Shown one piece after another: positions 1 through 16,524 of a stretch of 64,000 bases of DNA. The DNA comes from Escherichia coli (lineage in GTDB: Bacteria; Pseudomonadota; Gammaproteobacteria; Enterobacterales; Enterobacteriaceae): the NCBI RefSeq assembly GCF_030013595.1, contig NZ_CP122768.1; one strand, 5' to 3'. The translations under genes were made by a program, and so were the position numbers. Below the pieces are notes generated by a model. It did no database searches and was not told the origin of the DNA. It saw nothing but the letters and a program-made list of their open reading frames with translations. Numbering within the stretch: position 1 is the first letter of the stretch; every line of letters begins with the position of its first letter.

Positions 1-161
1 TGGTTATCCAGAGGAACGCCACAATGAACCAGATGCAGCACAAGACAAACATGCGCGCACTCATGAGATAACCCGTAGTTTAATTTCGCTATAGCACATA
101 CGAAATCCCACTAATTCCCTGTCATTGCGCCCTATCGTCAGACAGACGATAGGGCATCGGG

Positions 162-1664
162 TTATTCCACCACCCACTGCGGATTTTTTGCCACTCTGCT
201 GCAATAGTTCTGGTAAATCGCCATCGCTAACAGCGAGAAGAAGACAGGGCCGCCAATCATCCACAATGTGCTGTCCCAGTCTCCGGCTTCAACCACAGGT
301 TGAATGATGGTGAAGACGTTCGCAAATGTCACAACCAGTACGACAACCACCGTCGCAATCATTGCCGACATACGCGTTTTGAAAATCACAAACGGTCTGT
401 CGAGATCCTGACGTGCTTTAAAGAATGGGAAAGCCAGCGCGAGGAACAAGTAAGGAAGCGTCATAGACACGTTCGCCATCAGAGTCAGTTTGTTAAAGAA
501 CGCCGATGCGGTGCCACCGCCAAACGAAACCAGCAGGATGAAGACAGTAACCAGCCCGCACTGCATCCACATGGCGATAGACGGCATACCCATCGTATTC
601 AGGCGCGTCATCGGTTCCGGCCACAATGCTTTCGGCGTTCCCTGGATGATGGCTTTCAGCGGTGAATAGCAAAGCGTAAAGAACGCACCGGTATAAGCGA
701 GGAACATCGAAAGCCCGGTAATACGCGCAAACCATACGCCCAGCGACAATGACGCTTCTGGTGACAAATGCAGTGCGTTACCCAGCGTCACCCCGAGGCT
801 CTTCATCAGCACATAGGTAATATTGCCGAGGTTAACGGAACCATTACTTAATACCTGCTGCCAGTTTGTGCTGACGCCCCATAAAAATATTGCCAGCGAA
901 TAACCGATTGAAATAACAATAGCGGCAAAAACAATACCTTTGGCAAAGTTCTTTTCTGGATTTTCCGTTTTATCGACCAGACCACCAACCGCTTCAATTC
1001 CGCCATAGGCAAAAATAGCAAATACCACAAACGATAGCATTGCCAGACCGGACTGATAACCCGGGTTCGGTGATGCAAGGAAATTAATATCCTGCGCGAA
1101 ATGCCCACCATTTAATAACAAAATAGTAATGCTTACTAACAGCAATACTAAATTCAGACACATTACTGCAATACCGCCCACCGCAGTAATGCGGGCAATT
1201 TTATTAATCCCTTTTGAAGCAACGACGGTGACCAGAATCATCCATGCCACTGCCAGCAGACCAACCACCTGCGTAGGCTCCAGTCCGGCAATATGCCAGT
1301 GCTGGGTCATGTCGCTACCATAGAGGAATGTTGAGAACGGTACCCAAACTTTCGCGGAGGTACTCACCATCCAGATGATATAAGAGGAAAACCACATAAA
1401 CGTACCAATGAAGGCAAAACGTGGTCCGACACTATTATTCATCCAGGAATAGATACCGCCTTCTTCTTTGCGATAAGCAGCTCCCATTTCAGCCATCATT
1501 AAGGCGAATGGAATAAAGAATAACAATGCAGAAAATATATAAAAGGGAATCGCACTATAACCCATTAAGTAATAAGCCGATGGGCTATTGGCAAATCCAA
1601 ATACGGAAGTAAAGATCATCAATATGAGTCCTATCAGACTCATCTTTTTTATCGTGTGAGGCAT
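162..1664 (-). CDS. yjeM: APC-superfamily amino acid/polyamine transporter YjeM
   Basis: Long hydrophobic multi-TM ORF; conserved position next to epmA; start set at MPHTIKK (500 codons) although the ORF extends to 1706. Confidence 0.8.
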   Translation of the reverse strand: MPHTIKKMSLIGLILMIFTSVFGFANSPSAYYLMGYSAIPFYIFSALLFFIPFALMMAEMGAAYRKEEGGIYSWMNNSVGPRFAFIGTFMWFSSYIIWMVSTSAKVWVPFSTFLYGSDMTQHWHIAGLEPTQVVGLLAVAWMILVTVVASKGINKIARITAVGGIAVMCLNLVLLLVSITILLLNGGHFAQDINFLASPNPGYQSGLAMLSFVVFAIFAYGGIEAVGGLVDKTENPEKNFAKGIVFAAIVISIGYSLAIFLWGVSTNWQQVLSNGSVNLGNITYVLMKSLGVTLGNALHLSPEASLSLGVWFARITGLSMFLAYTGAFFTLCYSPLKAIIQGTPKALWPEPMTRLNTMGMPSIAMWMQCGLVTVFILLVSFGGGTASAFFNKLTLMANVSMTLPYLFLALAFPFFKARQDLDRPFVIFKTRMSAMIATVVVVLVVTFANVFTIIQPVVEAGDWDSTLWMIGGPVFFSLLAMAIYQNYCSRVAKNPQWVVE

Positions 1665-1882
1665 GAAACCATCCTTCATTTCAGCGCGTGTATAAAACGC
1701 GCCCACTGAACTGCACTGCCCAACATTGAGCGGGCAGCGTAAAAACCAATACAGAATTGATACCTGGATGATATCAAATATCCAGTCTTAAATTGTGGCC
1801 TTTAGCGGAAAAATGAAAACATATGCTACAGAATGGCGCTTATCACGCCATTCTTCGCGGTTAATTCAGTAATTTTTCAGAA

Positions 1883-2860
1883 TTATGCCCGGTCAACGCT
1901 AAAGGCGATGACTTCAGCCAGTGTCTCCGCGCCCAGCGCCAACATCACCAGACGATCAACACCTAATGCCACGCCGGAACAGTCAGGCATACCGACTTTC
2001 AAGGCTTCAATCAGATTCTGGTCAATGGGGTGCTGCGGCAAACCGCGCGCCGCGCGCTTACGGTTATCTTGTTCAAAGCGTTGTTGCTGCTCACGGGCAT
2101 CCGTCAATTCATGGAAACCATTCGCCAGCTCAATACCTTTATAATAAACCTCAAAGCGTTCAGCGACCCGATGATCTTCGGTACTGATTTGCGCCAGTGA
2201 TGCCTGGCTGGCTGGAAAGTGGTACACAAAGGTCGGTTTTTCTTTGCCAATATTTGGCTCTACGCCAAAGGTAAACAGCAATTGTAGAAGCGTGTCGCGG
2301 TCTTCTTCAGTATCGGCAACGTTGCTCAAATCCAGTTTCGCTGCCACTTCCCGCAGTTGCGTTTTGTCGGCAGAGAGTGGGTCAATTTCCAGATAACGCA
2401 AGAAAGCTTGTTGATAAGAAAGGCTTTCTGCTGCCGGGCAGTCCAGCACTTGTTGTAAGAGATCGTCCACCTCGTTCATCAACCGGTACATATCATAGTG
2501 CGGTCGATACCACTCAAGCATAGTGAACTCAGGGTTGTGATAACGCCCCATCTCTTCATTACGGAAGCTGCGGCACAGCTGGAATACCGGCCCACAACCG
2601 GCAACCAGCAGGCGTTTCATATGGTATTCCGGGCTGGTCATTAACCAGAGATTCATCCCCTGCGAATGCCCAGGGCCAACGAAACGTGTCTCAAACGGGA
2701 CCAAATGAATATCGGTTACCGTCGCCTGGCTCATACAAGGCGTCTCCACCTCCAGCACTCCACGATCGGCAAAGAAACGACGGATCTCCGCCATAATCGC
2801 CGCGCGTTTTAATAAGTTAGGAATGGATGCGCTCGGCTGCCAGGATGCCGTTTCGCTCAT
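1883..2860 (-). CDS. epmA: EF-P beta-lysine ligase EpmA (PoxA/YjeA, class II LysRS paralogue)
   Basis: Translation recognised as EpmA; start set at MSETASW (325 aa), ORF track over-extends to 2905. Confidence 0.9.
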   Translation of the reverse strand: MSETASWQPSASIPNLLKRAAIMAEIRRFFADRGVLEVETPCMSQATVTDIHLVPFETRFVGPGHSQGMNLWLMTSPEYHMKRLLVAGCGPVFQLCRSFRNEEMGRYHNPEFTMLEWYRPHYDMYRLMNEVDDLLQQVLDCPAAESLSYQQAFLRYLEIDPLSADKTQLREVAAKLDLSNVADTEEDRDTLLQLLFTFGVEPNIGKEKPTFVYHFPASQASLAQISTEDHRVAERFEVYYKGIELANGFHELTDAREQQQRFEQDNRKRAARGLPQHPIDQNLIEALKVGMPDCSGVALGVDRLVMLALGAETLAEVIAFSVDRA

Positions 2861-3184
2861 AGTTAAATCTCCAGTTTTTGACAAGGGCACGAAGTCTACT
2901 CGCAACGCGACGGCGAGACAAATTTTACGCAGGAATCAAACAAGGGTGGGCAGTGACTAAAAAAAGCACGATCTGATGGTTTAGTAATTAAATTAATCAT
3001 CTTCAGTGATAATTTAGCCCTCTTGCGCACTAAAAAAATCGATCTCGTCAAATTTCAGACTTATCCATCAGACTATACTGTTGTACCTATAAAGGAGCAG
3101 TGGAATAGCGTTCGCAGACCGTAACTTTCAGGCACTTACCCTGAAGTACGGGGCTGTGGGATAAAAACAATCTGGAGGAATGTC

Positions 3185-4985
3185 GTGCAAACCTTTCAAG
3201 CCGATCTTGCCATTGTAGGCGCCGGTGGCGCGGGATTACGTGCTGCAATTGCTGCCGCGCAGGCAAATCCAAATGCAAAAATCGCACTAATCTCAAAAGT
3301 ATACCCGATGCGTAGCCATACCGTTGCTGCAGAAGGGGGCTCCGCCGCTGTCGCGCAGGATCATGACAGCTTCGAATATCACTTTCACGATACAGTAGCG
3401 GGTGGCGACTGGTTGTGTGAGCAGGATGTCGTGGATTATTTCGTCCACCACTGCCCAACCGAAATGACCCAACTGGAACTGTGGGGATGCCCATGGAGCC
3501 GTCGCCCGGATGGTAGCGTCAACGTACGTCGCTTCGGCGGCATGAAAATCGAGCGTACCTGGTTCGCCGCCGATAAGACCGGCTTCCATATGCTGCACAC
3601 GCTGTTCCAGACCTCTCTGCAATTCCCGCAGATCCAGCGTTTTGACGAACATTTCGTGCTGGATATTCTGGTTGATGATGGTCATATTCGCGGCCTGGTA
3701 GCAATGAACATGATGGAAGGCACGCTGGTGCAGATCCGTGCTAACGCGGTCGTTATGGCTACCGGCGGTGCAGGTCGCGTTTATCGTTACAACACCAACG
3801 GCGGCATCGTTACCGGTGACGGTATGGGTATGGCGCTAAGCCACGGCGTTCCTCTGCGTGACATGGAATTCGTTCAGTATCACCCAACCGGTCTGCCCGG
3901 TTCCGGTATCCTGATGACAGAAGGCTGCCGCGGTGAAGGTGGTATTCTGGTCAACAAAAATGGCTACCGTTATCTGCAAGATTACGGCATGGGCCCGGAA
4001 ACTCCGCTGGGCGAGCCGAAAAACAAATATATGGAACTGGGGCCACGCGACAAAGTTTCTCAGGCCTTCTGGCACGAATGGCGTAAAGGCAACACCATCT
4101 CCACGCCGCGTGGCGATGTGGTTTATCTCGACCTGCGTCACCTCGGCGAGAAAAAACTGCATGAACGTCTGCCGTTCATCTGCGAACTGGCGAAAGCGTA
4201 CGTTGGCGTCGATCCGGTTAAAGAACCGATTCCGGTACGTCCGACCGCACACTACACCATGGGCGGTATCGAAACCGATCAGAACTGTGAAACCCGCATT
4301 AAAGGTCTGTTCGCCGTGGGTGAATGTTCCTCTGTTGGTCTGCACGGTGCAAACCGTCTGGGCTCCAACTCCCTGGCGGAACTGGTGGTCTTCGGTCGTC
4401 TGGCCGGTGAGCAAGCGACAGAGCGTGCAGCAACTGCTGGTAATGGCAACGAAGCGGCAATTGAAGCGCAGGCAGCTGGCGTTGAACAACGTCTGAAAGA
4501 TCTGGTTAACCAGGATGGCGGCGAAAACTGGGCGAAGATCCGCGACGAAATGGGCCTGGCTATGGAAGAAGGTTGCGGTATCTACCGTACGCCGGAACTG
4601 ATGCAGAAAACCATCGACAAGCTGGCTGAGCTGCAGGAACGCTTCAAGCGCGTGCGCATCACTGACACTTCCAGCGTGTTCAACACCGACCTGCTCTACA
4701 CCATTGAACTGGGCCACGGTCTGAACGTTGCTGAATGTATGGCGCACTCCGCAATGGCACGTAAAGAGTCCCGCGGCGCACACCAGCGTCTGGACGAAGG
4801 TTGCACCGAGCGTGACGACGTCAACTTCCTCAAACACACCCTCGCCTTCCGCGATGCTGATGGCACGACTCGCCTGGAGTACAGCGACGTGAAGATTACT
4901 ACGCTGCCGCCAGCTAAACGTGTTTACGGTGGCGAAGCGGATGCAGCCGATAAGGCGGAAGCAGCCAATAAGAAGGAGAAGGCGA

Positions 4986-4993
<8 letters not shown>
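3185..4993 (+). CDS. frdA: fumarate reductase flavoprotein subunit FrdA
   Basis: 602-aa ORF with N-terminal FAD-binding GAGGAG motif; full-length match to FrdA from memory; followed by frdBCD. Confidence 0.97.
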
Positions 4994-6126
<1,133 letters not shown>

Positions 6127-6136
6127 GGAGCCTGAG

Positions 6137-7692
<1,556 letters not shown>

Positions 7693-7780
7693 AATTTCAT
7701 CGGGTCCGAATTTTTGGACCTTTTCTCCGCTTTTCCTTGCTGTCATCTACAATTAGAAAAAAACCAGTAAGGAAACATTT

Positions 7781-8314
7781 ATGCGCCTGCTCCCTCTCGT
7801 TGCCGCAGCGACAGCTGCATTTCTGGTCGTTGCCTGCAGTTCTCCTACGCCGCCCCGTGGCGTGACCGTAGTGAATAATTTCGATGCTAAACGCTATCTC
7901 GGTACCTGGTATGAGATTGCCCGTTTTGATCACCGCTTTGAACGTGGACTGGAAAAAGTCACCGCAACATACAGCCTGAGGGATGATGGCGGCCTGAATG
8001 TCATTAATAAAGGCTATAACCCTGACAGAGAAATGTGGCAGCAGAGTGAAGGGAAAGCGTACTTTACCGGCGCACCAACTCGCGCTGCGCTGAAAGTGTC
8101 ATTCTTTGGTCCTTTCTATGGCGGTTATAACGTTATTGCACTCGATCGGGAATACCGCCATGCGCTGGTTTGCGGCCCGGACCGCGACTACCTGTGGATA
8201 CTCTCCCGCACGCCAACCATTTCTGACGAAGTGAAACAGGAGATGCTGGCAGTCGCGACCCGGGAAGGGTTTGATGTCAGTAAGTTTATTTGGGTACAAC
8301 AGCCCGGTAGTTAG
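7781..8314 (+). CDS. blc: outer-membrane lipocalin Blc
   Basis: 177 aa, lipoprotein signal with LVVACSS lipobox; conserved neighbour of ampC. Confidence 0.9.
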   Translation: MRLLPLVAAATAAFLVVACSSPTPPRGVTVVNNFDAKRYLGTWYEIARFDHRFERGLEKVTATYSLRDDGGLNVINKGYNPDREMWQQSEGKAYFTGAPTRAALKVSFFGPFYGGYNVIALDREYRHALVCGPDRDYLWILSRTPTISDEVKQEMLAVATREGFDVSKFIWVQQPGS

Positions 8315-8628
8315 TGAGTGCTGAGTTTCAGACCAATAATCCCCAATACGATTAACGCCAGACTCGCCAGGCGCATCGGGTTAGCGGACTCGCCGAGCAG
8401 CACAATGCCGGTGATGGCCGCGCCGACTGCGCCAATACCCGTCCACACGGCATAAGCCGTCCCTACTGGTAACGATTTCATCGCCCAGGCAAGTAGCGCC
8501 ATACTGACAATCATCGCCGTCACGGTAATAACACTTGGCGTCAAACGACTAAAGCCGTGGGTATATTTCAGGCCAACGGCCCATACCACTTCCAGCAGAC
8601 CAGCAATAACTAAGATAATCCAGGACAT
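8311..8628 (-). CDS. sugE: SMR-family guanidinium/quaternary ammonium exporter SugE (Gdx)
   Basis: Four-TM small protein; start set at [10 protein letters not shown] (105 aa), ORF track over-extends. Confidence 0.88.
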   Translation of the reverse strand: MSWIILVIAGLLEVVWAVGLKYTHGFSRLTPSVITVTAMIVSMALLAWAMKSLPVGTAYAVWTGIGAVGAAITGIVLLGESANPMRLASLALIVLGIIGLKLSTH

Positions 8629-8802
8629 ATCAGGCTCCGGAGAATTGGGGCCGTCCCCGGTGAAAAGAGGCGTTTGCAGGTCGTCCTGCAAAGCTGATGG
8701 TTGAACGGATATTTTGCCAGGTGGCAGGGGAATTTCAACTATTACCTTTGTGACTATCGCAAAAAAACAAACGGCACGACATAACTGTCGTACCGTTATT
8801 GC

Positions 8803-8949
8803 TTACTGCTGCGCTTTCGTTGCTGCGCCAGAAATCGCGTTACCGCCATCAGAAATGTCTTCACCAACGCCACGCGTGGTGTTGCAGGCAGTTAATACTG
8901 TTGAAAGCACCAGAACAGAAAAGATCGCTGCAATTGTCTTCTTCACCAT
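8803..8949 (-). CDS. ecnB: entericidin B lipoprotein
   Basis: 48-aa lipoprotein [48 protein letters not shown] read by hand from minus strand; not in ORF track because of its length. Confidence 0.85.
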
Positions 8950-9059
8950 AACGTCTTCCTTTTAGGTAATGTTATTTATGTTTGCCTATAGCAAATTAAT
9001 AATAGACAACATCACCAAAAATGATGGAAATCTGATGATTTTTCGGAAGAGAAGAAAAA

Positions 9060-9185
9060 TTAGCTGGCAGCGCGGGAGATGGAATTACCGAGATGTTTAA
9101 TGTCTTCACCAAAACCGCGAGCGGTGTTACAGCCCGTGAGCAGCGCACTGGCAAGCAAAACAAGAACGATAAGGCGTTTCATCAT
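9060..9185 (-). CDS. ecnA: entericidin A lipoprotein
   Basis: 41-aa lipoprotein MMKRLIVLVLLASALLTGCNTARGFGEDIKHLGNSISRAAS read by hand from minus strand. Confidence 0.85.
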   Translation of the reverse strand: MMKRLIVLVLLASALLTGCNTARGFGEDIKHLGNSISRAAS

Positions 9186-9236
9186 CTCTGACCTGAATAA
9201 GTGATGGTGCAGCCTGCAGGCCGCACCACAACCGCA

Positions 9237-9803
9237 TTACTTCACGCGAGAGACGTATTCACCAGAGCGGGTATCCACTTTGATGACTTCGCCGATTTGT
9301 ACAAACAGCGGAACTTTAACCACAGCGCCAGTAGACAGGGTAGCCGGTTTGCCGCCAGTACCTGCGGTATCACCTTTCAGGCCCGGATCGGTATCCACGA
9401 TTTCCAGTTCAACGAAGTTCGGCGGAGTAACGGAGATCGGCTGACCATTCCACAGAGTTACGATACACTCTGCCTGATCCAGCAGCCATTTCGCGTTGTC
9501 GCCAATTGCTTTTGCATCAGCAGACAGCTGCTCGAAAGTTTCGTTGTTCATGAAGTGCCAGAACTCACCGTCGTTGTACAGGTAAGTCAGGTTCATATCG
9601 ACAACATCAGCGCCTTCAGCGGAATCAGTAGATTTGAAGGTTTTTTCTACACGAGTACCGGTCAGCAGACGACGCAGTTTAACGCGAGCAAATGCCTGGC
9701 CTTTACCCGGTTTTACGAATTCACTCGCTTCAACCGCGTAAGGTTCGCCGTCTAACATGATTTTAAGACCAGCACGAAAATCGTTGCTATAGTACGTTGC
9801 CAT
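9237..9803 (-). CDS. efp: translation elongation factor P
   Basis: 188 aa, full-length match to EF-P including the modified-lysine loop region (PGKGQAF). Confidence 0.97.
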
Positions 9804-9844
9804 AAGGCCCTCTGAAATTTGTTAATTGGTAGCTAAGCCACAAA

Positions 9845-10873
9845 ATGGCGCATATTGTAACCCTAAATACCCCATCCAGAGAAGATTGGTTAACGCAACT
9901 TGCCGATGTTGTGACCGATCCTGATGAACTTCTGCGTCTTTTGAATATAGACGCGGACGAAAAACTGTTGGCCGGACGCAGCGCCAAAAAGCTTTTTGCC
10001 CTGCGTGTGCCCCGCTCATTTATCGATCGCATGGAGAAAGGCAATCCGGACGATCCTCTTTTGCGTCAGGTACTTACCTCGCAAGATGAGTTTGTCGTCG
10101 CGCCCGGATTCTCCACCGACCCACTGGAAGAACAGCACAGCGTAGTGCCTGGTTTGTTGCATAAATACCACAACCGGGCGCTTTTGCTGGTCAAAGGCGG
10201 CTGCGCGGTAAATTGCCGCTATTGCTTCCGTCGCCACTTCCCCTATGCCGAAAATCAGGGCAACAAGCGTAACTGGCAAACTGCACTTGAGTATGTTGCT
10301 GCGCATCCGGAACTGGACGAGATGATTTTCTCCGGCGGCGATCCGCTGATGGCGAAAGATCACGAGCTGGACTGGTTGCTCACACAACTGGAAGCCATCC
10401 CGCATATCAAACGTCTGCGGATTCACAGCCGTCTGCCGATTGTGATCCCGGCACGCATCACAGATGCGCTGGTTGAACGCTTTTCACATTCTACGCTGCA
10501 AATCTTGCTGGTGAATCACATCAACCATGCCAATGAGATAGATGAAACATTCCGTCAGGCGATGGCTAAGTTGCGCCGGGTCGGCGTTACTTTGCTCAAC
10601 CAGAGCGTTCTGTTACGTGGCGTGAACGATAACGCGCAAACGCTGGCAAACCTGAGTAATGCGTTGTTCGATGCCGGCGTGATGCCGTATTACCTGCATG
10701 TGCTCGATAAAGTACAGGGCGCGGCGCATTTTATGGTGAGTGATGACGAAGCACGGCAGATTATGCGTGAGTTGCTGACACTGGTGTCGGGATATCTGGT
10801 GCCTAAACTGGCGCGAGAAATTGGCGGCGAACCCAGCAAAACGCCGCTGGATCTCCAGCTACGCCAGCAGTAA
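9845..10873 (+). CDS. epmB: lysine 2,3-aminomutase-like radical SAM enzyme EpmB (YjeK)
   Basis: 342 aa with CAVNCRYCFRR radical-SAM cysteine motif; divergent from efp. Confidence 0.93.
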   Translation: MAHIVTLNTPSREDWLTQLADVVTDPDELLRLLNIDADEKLLAGRSAKKLFALRVPRSFIDRMEKGNPDDPLLRQVLTSQDEFVVAPGFSTDPLEEQHSVVPGLLHKYHNRALLLVKGGCAVNCRYCFRRHFPYAENQGNKRNWQTALEYVAAHPELDEMIFSGGDPLMAKDHELDWLLTQLEAIPHIKRLRIHSRLPIVIPARITDALVERFSHSTLQILLVNHINHANEIDETFRQAMAKLRRVGVTLLNQSVLLRGVNDNAQTLANLSNALFDAGVMPYYLHVLDKVQGAAHFMVSDDEARQIMRELLTLVSGYLVPKLAREIGGEPSKTPLDLQLRQQ

Positions 10874-11107
10874 CTGATTAAACAGGGAAGTTTAATCTTT
10901 GCACGTTGCATAACCTTTAATTATTCATATACATTGCTGTTATTACTTTTTATATAACCAACACCAATAATTAACCTTTCTTTTCTGTTTATATAGAGTG
11001 AGCACGGCTATTTATGTTATTTTAACAACTATTACTACCAAGCCCATTTATCTGGCTTATAAATTAAAATTAATTATTTAATTGAGAAATGGTTAGGGAG
11101 AACCTAC

Positions 11108-11977
11108 ATGGCCATAAGCATCAAGGGTGTTAATACCGGTGTTATTCGCAAGAGCAATAATTTCATTGCACTGGCGCTGAAAATTAAAGAGCCTCGCAAT
11201 AAAGAATCGTTGTTCTTTCTGTCTGTCATGGAACTGCGCGACCTTCTGATTGCGCTGGAAAGCCGTCTGCATCAAAAGCATAAACTGGATGCTGCTGCAC
11301 GCCTTCAGTATGAGCAAGCTCGCGATAAAGTCATTAAGAAAATGGCAGAAAACATCCCAGAAATTCTGGTTGATGAGCTTAAAAATGCCGATATTAATCG
11401 TCGGGTTAACACGCTGGAACTTACCGATAATCAAGGCGAAAATCTTACCTTCGTATTAACGCTACATGACGGTAGCAAATATGAGTTAGTCGTCAATGAG
11501 TTGCAGATTGAAATGCTGGCGCGAGCAATCATTCATGCAATTAATAATGCGGAAATGCGTGAACTGGCATTACGTATTACCTCACTGTTAGATTTCCTGC
11601 CGTTATATGACGTTGACTGCCAGGAAAATGGCAATCTGGAATATGACACCTATTCCCAACCGGAATGGAAACATAACTTGTTCGACCATTATCTGGCGGT
11701 GCTTTACCGCTTTAAAGATGAAAGTGGCAAAGAACAATTTAGCGGCGCAGTGGTGAAAACGCGTGAAGCAACGCCGGGTAAAGAAATAGAGGCGATCACT
11801 CGCCGAATGCTTGATTTCAGCCCACGACTGAAAAAACTCGCGGGTGTACCATGTCAGGTCTATGTTCGCACCGTAGCGGCAAATAACGCCCAACCGCTAA
11901 CCCAGGATCAATGCTTACGCGCGCTGCATCACTTACGTGTTCAATCCACCAGCAAAACTGCACCACAGGCGAAATAA
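11108..11977 (+). CDS. yjeJ: uncharacterised protein YjeJ
   Basis: 289-aa ORF in conserved position, preceded by an AT-rich leader. Confidence 0.75.
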   Translation: MAISIKGVNTGVIRKSNNFIALALKIKEPRNKESLFFLSVMELRDLLIALESRLHQKHKLDAAARLQYEQARDKVIKKMAENIPEILVDELKNADINRRVNTLELTDNQGENLTFVLTLHDGSKYELVVNELQIEMLARAIIHAINNAEMRELALRITSLLDFLPLYDVDCQENGNLEYDTYSQPEWKHNLFDHYLAVLYRFKDESGKEQFSGAVVKTREATPGKEIEAITRRMLDFSPRLKKLAGVPCQVYVRTVAANNAQPLTQDQCLRALHHLRVQSTSKTAPQAK

Positions 11978-12026
11978 TCCCATCTGTTTTACTACGAGGC
12001 TGGAAGTATCCAGCCTCTGGATCCCA

Positions 12027-12380
12027 TCAGTTCGGGCACTTATATACCTGGCCGATAATCTGGCTATCCGTCGGGACAAAACTGGACAACATCCCCTGCG
12101 ACGGGCTGCTGATGCCATAAATCACGTTACCGCCCATTGCAGCCGCCTGGTTGCGCAGATCGTTTGCTGCGCCGCGCATAGAACCGCCCTCTTCACCGTG
12201 TTGCCCGGAAAGCCAGTTGCTTTGCTTACCTGTCGCAGTACCAATCAGCTGGCACTCTGCGCCTGGCTGCTCGTCCACAATGCGTACACTCTGACCGGCA
12301 GCACTCAATTCGTTGCTGGAGCTACAACCCGCCATCAGTAGCGCGGCACCGACAATCCCTGCTAAGTATTTTACGTGCAT
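12027..12380 (-). CDS. yjeI: DUF-type lipoprotein YjeI
   Basis: Start set at MHVKYLAGIVGAALLMAGCSS (lipobox), 117 aa. Confidence 0.8.
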   Translation of the reverse strand: MHVKYLAGIVGAALLMAGCSSSNELSAAGQSVRIVDEQPGAECQLIGTATGKQSNWLSGQHGEEGGSMRGAANDLRNQAAAMGGNVIYGISSPSQGMLSSFVPTDSQIIGQVYKCPN

Positions 12381-12457
12381 GTTATTCCCCATAATCAATG
12401 AGCTGGACGCCACTCGCGTCGTCCGTGTCTGAATCTTATACTAGAAAGATGACCAAA

Positions 12458-12500
12458 AGAAAAACCCCCAGACATTTCTGCCCGGGGGTTTGTTTATTTC
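12458..12500. terminator. bidirectional rho-independent terminator downstream of groL
   Basis: Inverted repeat aaaccccc...gggggttt flanked by T/A runs on both strands. Confidence 0.6.
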
Positions 12501-12517
12501 TGCGAGGTGCAGGGCAA

Positions 12518-14176
<1,659 letters not shown>

Positions 14177-14207
14177 TTAAATTCGTATGTTCAGTGTCGT
14201 GCGCGGA

Positions 14208-14552
<345 letters not shown>

Positions 14553-14580
14553 TTACGTGGTTTCCCGGCTGGTGACCAGA

Positions 14581-14615
14581 GAAATGGGGATGAGGCTTCG
14601 CCCCTTCAAGGGGGA
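14581..14615 (-). promoter_or_regulatory. sigma-32 heat-shock promoter of groSL
   Basis: Minus-strand CCCCCTTGAA (-35) and CCCCATTTC (-10) elements upstream of groS, matching the sigma-32 consensus. Confidence 0.7.
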
Positions 14616-14775
14616 AAAAGAAAAAAATTCTGATCAGCACAAAATCGGGTGAAAACCCTGATTCACCTCACATTTCATCGCAATTTCTTCATCACCGTCA
14701 TAAGCGAATCTGATTGTGCTACCATCGAAAATCTACGCAGTTGCCCATAATTTGGGCGCAATCGGACATCAACCC

Positions 14776-16032
14776 ATGAGTGGACTCAAACAAGAACTGG
14801 GACTGGCCCAGGGCATTGGCCTGCTATCGACGTCATTATTAGGCACTGGCGTGTTTGCCGTTCCTGCGTTAGCTGCGCTGGTAGCGGGCAATAACAGCCT
14901 GTGGGCGTGGCCCGTTTTGATTATCTTAGTGTTCCCGATTGCGATTGTGTTTGCGATTCTGGGTCGCCACTATCCCAGCGCAGGCGGCGTCGCGCACTTC
15001 GTCGGTATGGCGTTTGGTTCGCGGCTTGAGCGAGTCACCGGCTGGCTGTTTTTATCAGTCATTCCCGTGGGTTTGCCTGCCGCACTACAAATTGCAGCCG
15101 GATTCGGCCAGGCAATGTTTGGCTGGCATAGCTGGCAACTGTTGTTGGCAGAACTCGGTACGCTGGCGCTGGTGTGGTATATCGGTACTCGCGGTGCTAG
15201 TTCCAGTGCTAATCTACAAACAGTTATTGCCGGACTTATCGTCGCGCTGATTGTCGCTATCTGGTGGGCGGGCGATATCAAACCTGCGAATATCCCCTTC
15301 CCTGCACCTGGTAATATCGAACTTACCGGGTTATTTGCTGCGTTATCAGTGATGTTCTGGTGCTTTGTCGGTCTGGAGGCATTTGCCCATCTTGCCTCGG
15401 AATTTAAAAATCCAGAGCGTGATTTTCCTCGTGCTTTGATGATTGGTCTGCTGCTGGCAGGATTAGTCTACTGGGGCTGTACGGTAGTCGTCTTACACTT
15501 CGACGCCTATGGTGAACAAATGGCCGCGGCAGCATCGCTTCCAAAAATTGTAGTGCAGTTGTTCGGTGTAGGAGCGTTATGGATTGCCTGCGTGATTGGC
15601 TATCTGGCCTGCTTTGCCAGTCTCAACATTTATATACAGAGCTTCGCCCGCCTGGTCTGGTCGCAGGCGCAACATAATCCTGACCACTACCTGGCACGCC
15701 TCTCTTCTCGCCATATCCCGAATAATGCCCTCAATGCGGTGCTCGGCTGCTGCGTGGTGAGCACGCTGGTGATTCATGCTTTAGAGATCAATCTGGACGC
15801 TCTTATTATTTATGCCAATGGCATCTTTATTATGATTTATCTGTTATGCATGCTGGCAGGTTGTAAATTATTGCAAGGACGTTATCGACTACTGGCGGTG
15901 GTTGGCGGGCTGTTATGCGTTCTGTTACTGGCAATGATCGGCTGGAAAAGTCTCTATGCGCTGATCATGCTGGCGGGGTTATGGCTGTTTCTGCCAAAAC
16001 GAAAAACGCCGGAAAATGGCATAACCACATAA
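14776..16032 (+). CDS. yjeH: APC-family amino acid exporter YjeH
   Basis: Start at MSGLKQELGLAQGIG (418 aa); multi-TM. Confidence 0.85.
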   Translation: MSGLKQELGLAQGIGLLSTSLLGTGVFAVPALAALVAGNNSLWAWPVLIILVFPIAIVFAILGRHYPSAGGVAHFVGMAFGSRLERVTGWLFLSVIPVGLPAALQIAAGFGQAMFGWHSWQLLLAELGTLALVWYIGTRGASSSANLQTVIAGLIVALIVAIWWAGDIKPANIPFPAPGNIELTGLFAALSVMFWCFVGLEAFAHLASEFKNPERDFPRALMIGLLLAGLVYWGCTVVVLHFDAYGEQMAAAASLPKIVVQLFGVGALWIACVIGYLACFASLNIYIQSFARLVWSQAQHNPDHYLARLSSRHIPNNALNAVLGCCVVSTLVIHALEINLDALIIYANGIFIMIYLLCMLAGCKLLQGRYRLLAVVGGLLCVLLLAMIGWKSLYALIMLAGLWLFLPKRKTPENGITT

Positions 16033-16047
16033 TCCGGCGTTTCGACA

Positions 16048-16524
16048 TTAATCCTGGCGATCGTCTTTATGATCAAGGCGGTCGCGGTCATCATCCTTTC
16101 GCTGGTACTCACCATCAAAAGTATTACCGCCACCGGTCCCGGCGCTAAAACCGCCGCCTGGCATGCGAGAAAAGCGCAAATGCGGCATCAACTTCACTGT
16201 CAGATGCTTTTGCACCGGCGGCAATAAAAGCAGAAGACCGAGGAAGTCGGTGAAAAAGCCCGGTAATAAAAGCAGCAAACCGGCAATGATCAGCGAAACA
16301 CTTTTAATCATCTCCGCCGCTGGGTTTTCACCCGCCGCCATTTTTTGCTGCATCAGCACGAAATTCTTAAAGCCCTGGTTGCGTACCAGTGACATACCGA
16401 TAACTGACGTGAATATAACCAGCACGAGGGTCAGCAATACCCCCAATACATGGGCAACCTGAATAAAGATTGAAATCTCAATATAGACATAAAGGAAAAT
16501 GGCAATAAAAGGTAACCAGCGCAA
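16048..16524 (-). CDS. fxsA: inner-membrane protein FxsA
   Basis: 158 aa, hydrophobic N-terminus and acidic/basic C-tail; conserved neighbour of aspA. Confidence 0.85.
   Translation of the reverse strand: MRWLPFIAIFLYVYIEISIFIQVAHVLGVLLTLVLVIFTSVIGMSLVRNQGFKNFVLMQQKMAAGENPAAEMIKSVSLIIAGLLLLLPGFFTDFLGLLLLLPPVQKHLTVKLMPHLRFSRMPGGGFSAGTGGGNTFDGEYQRKDDDRDRLDHKDDRQD

Noticed and set aside
3836-4837. 333-aa minus-strand ORF and 187-aa plus-strand ORF inside frdA
   Set aside because: Alternative-frame and antisense ORFs inside frdA; no independent support.
9201-9755. 184-aa plus-strand ORF
   Set aside because: Antisense to efp; artefact.
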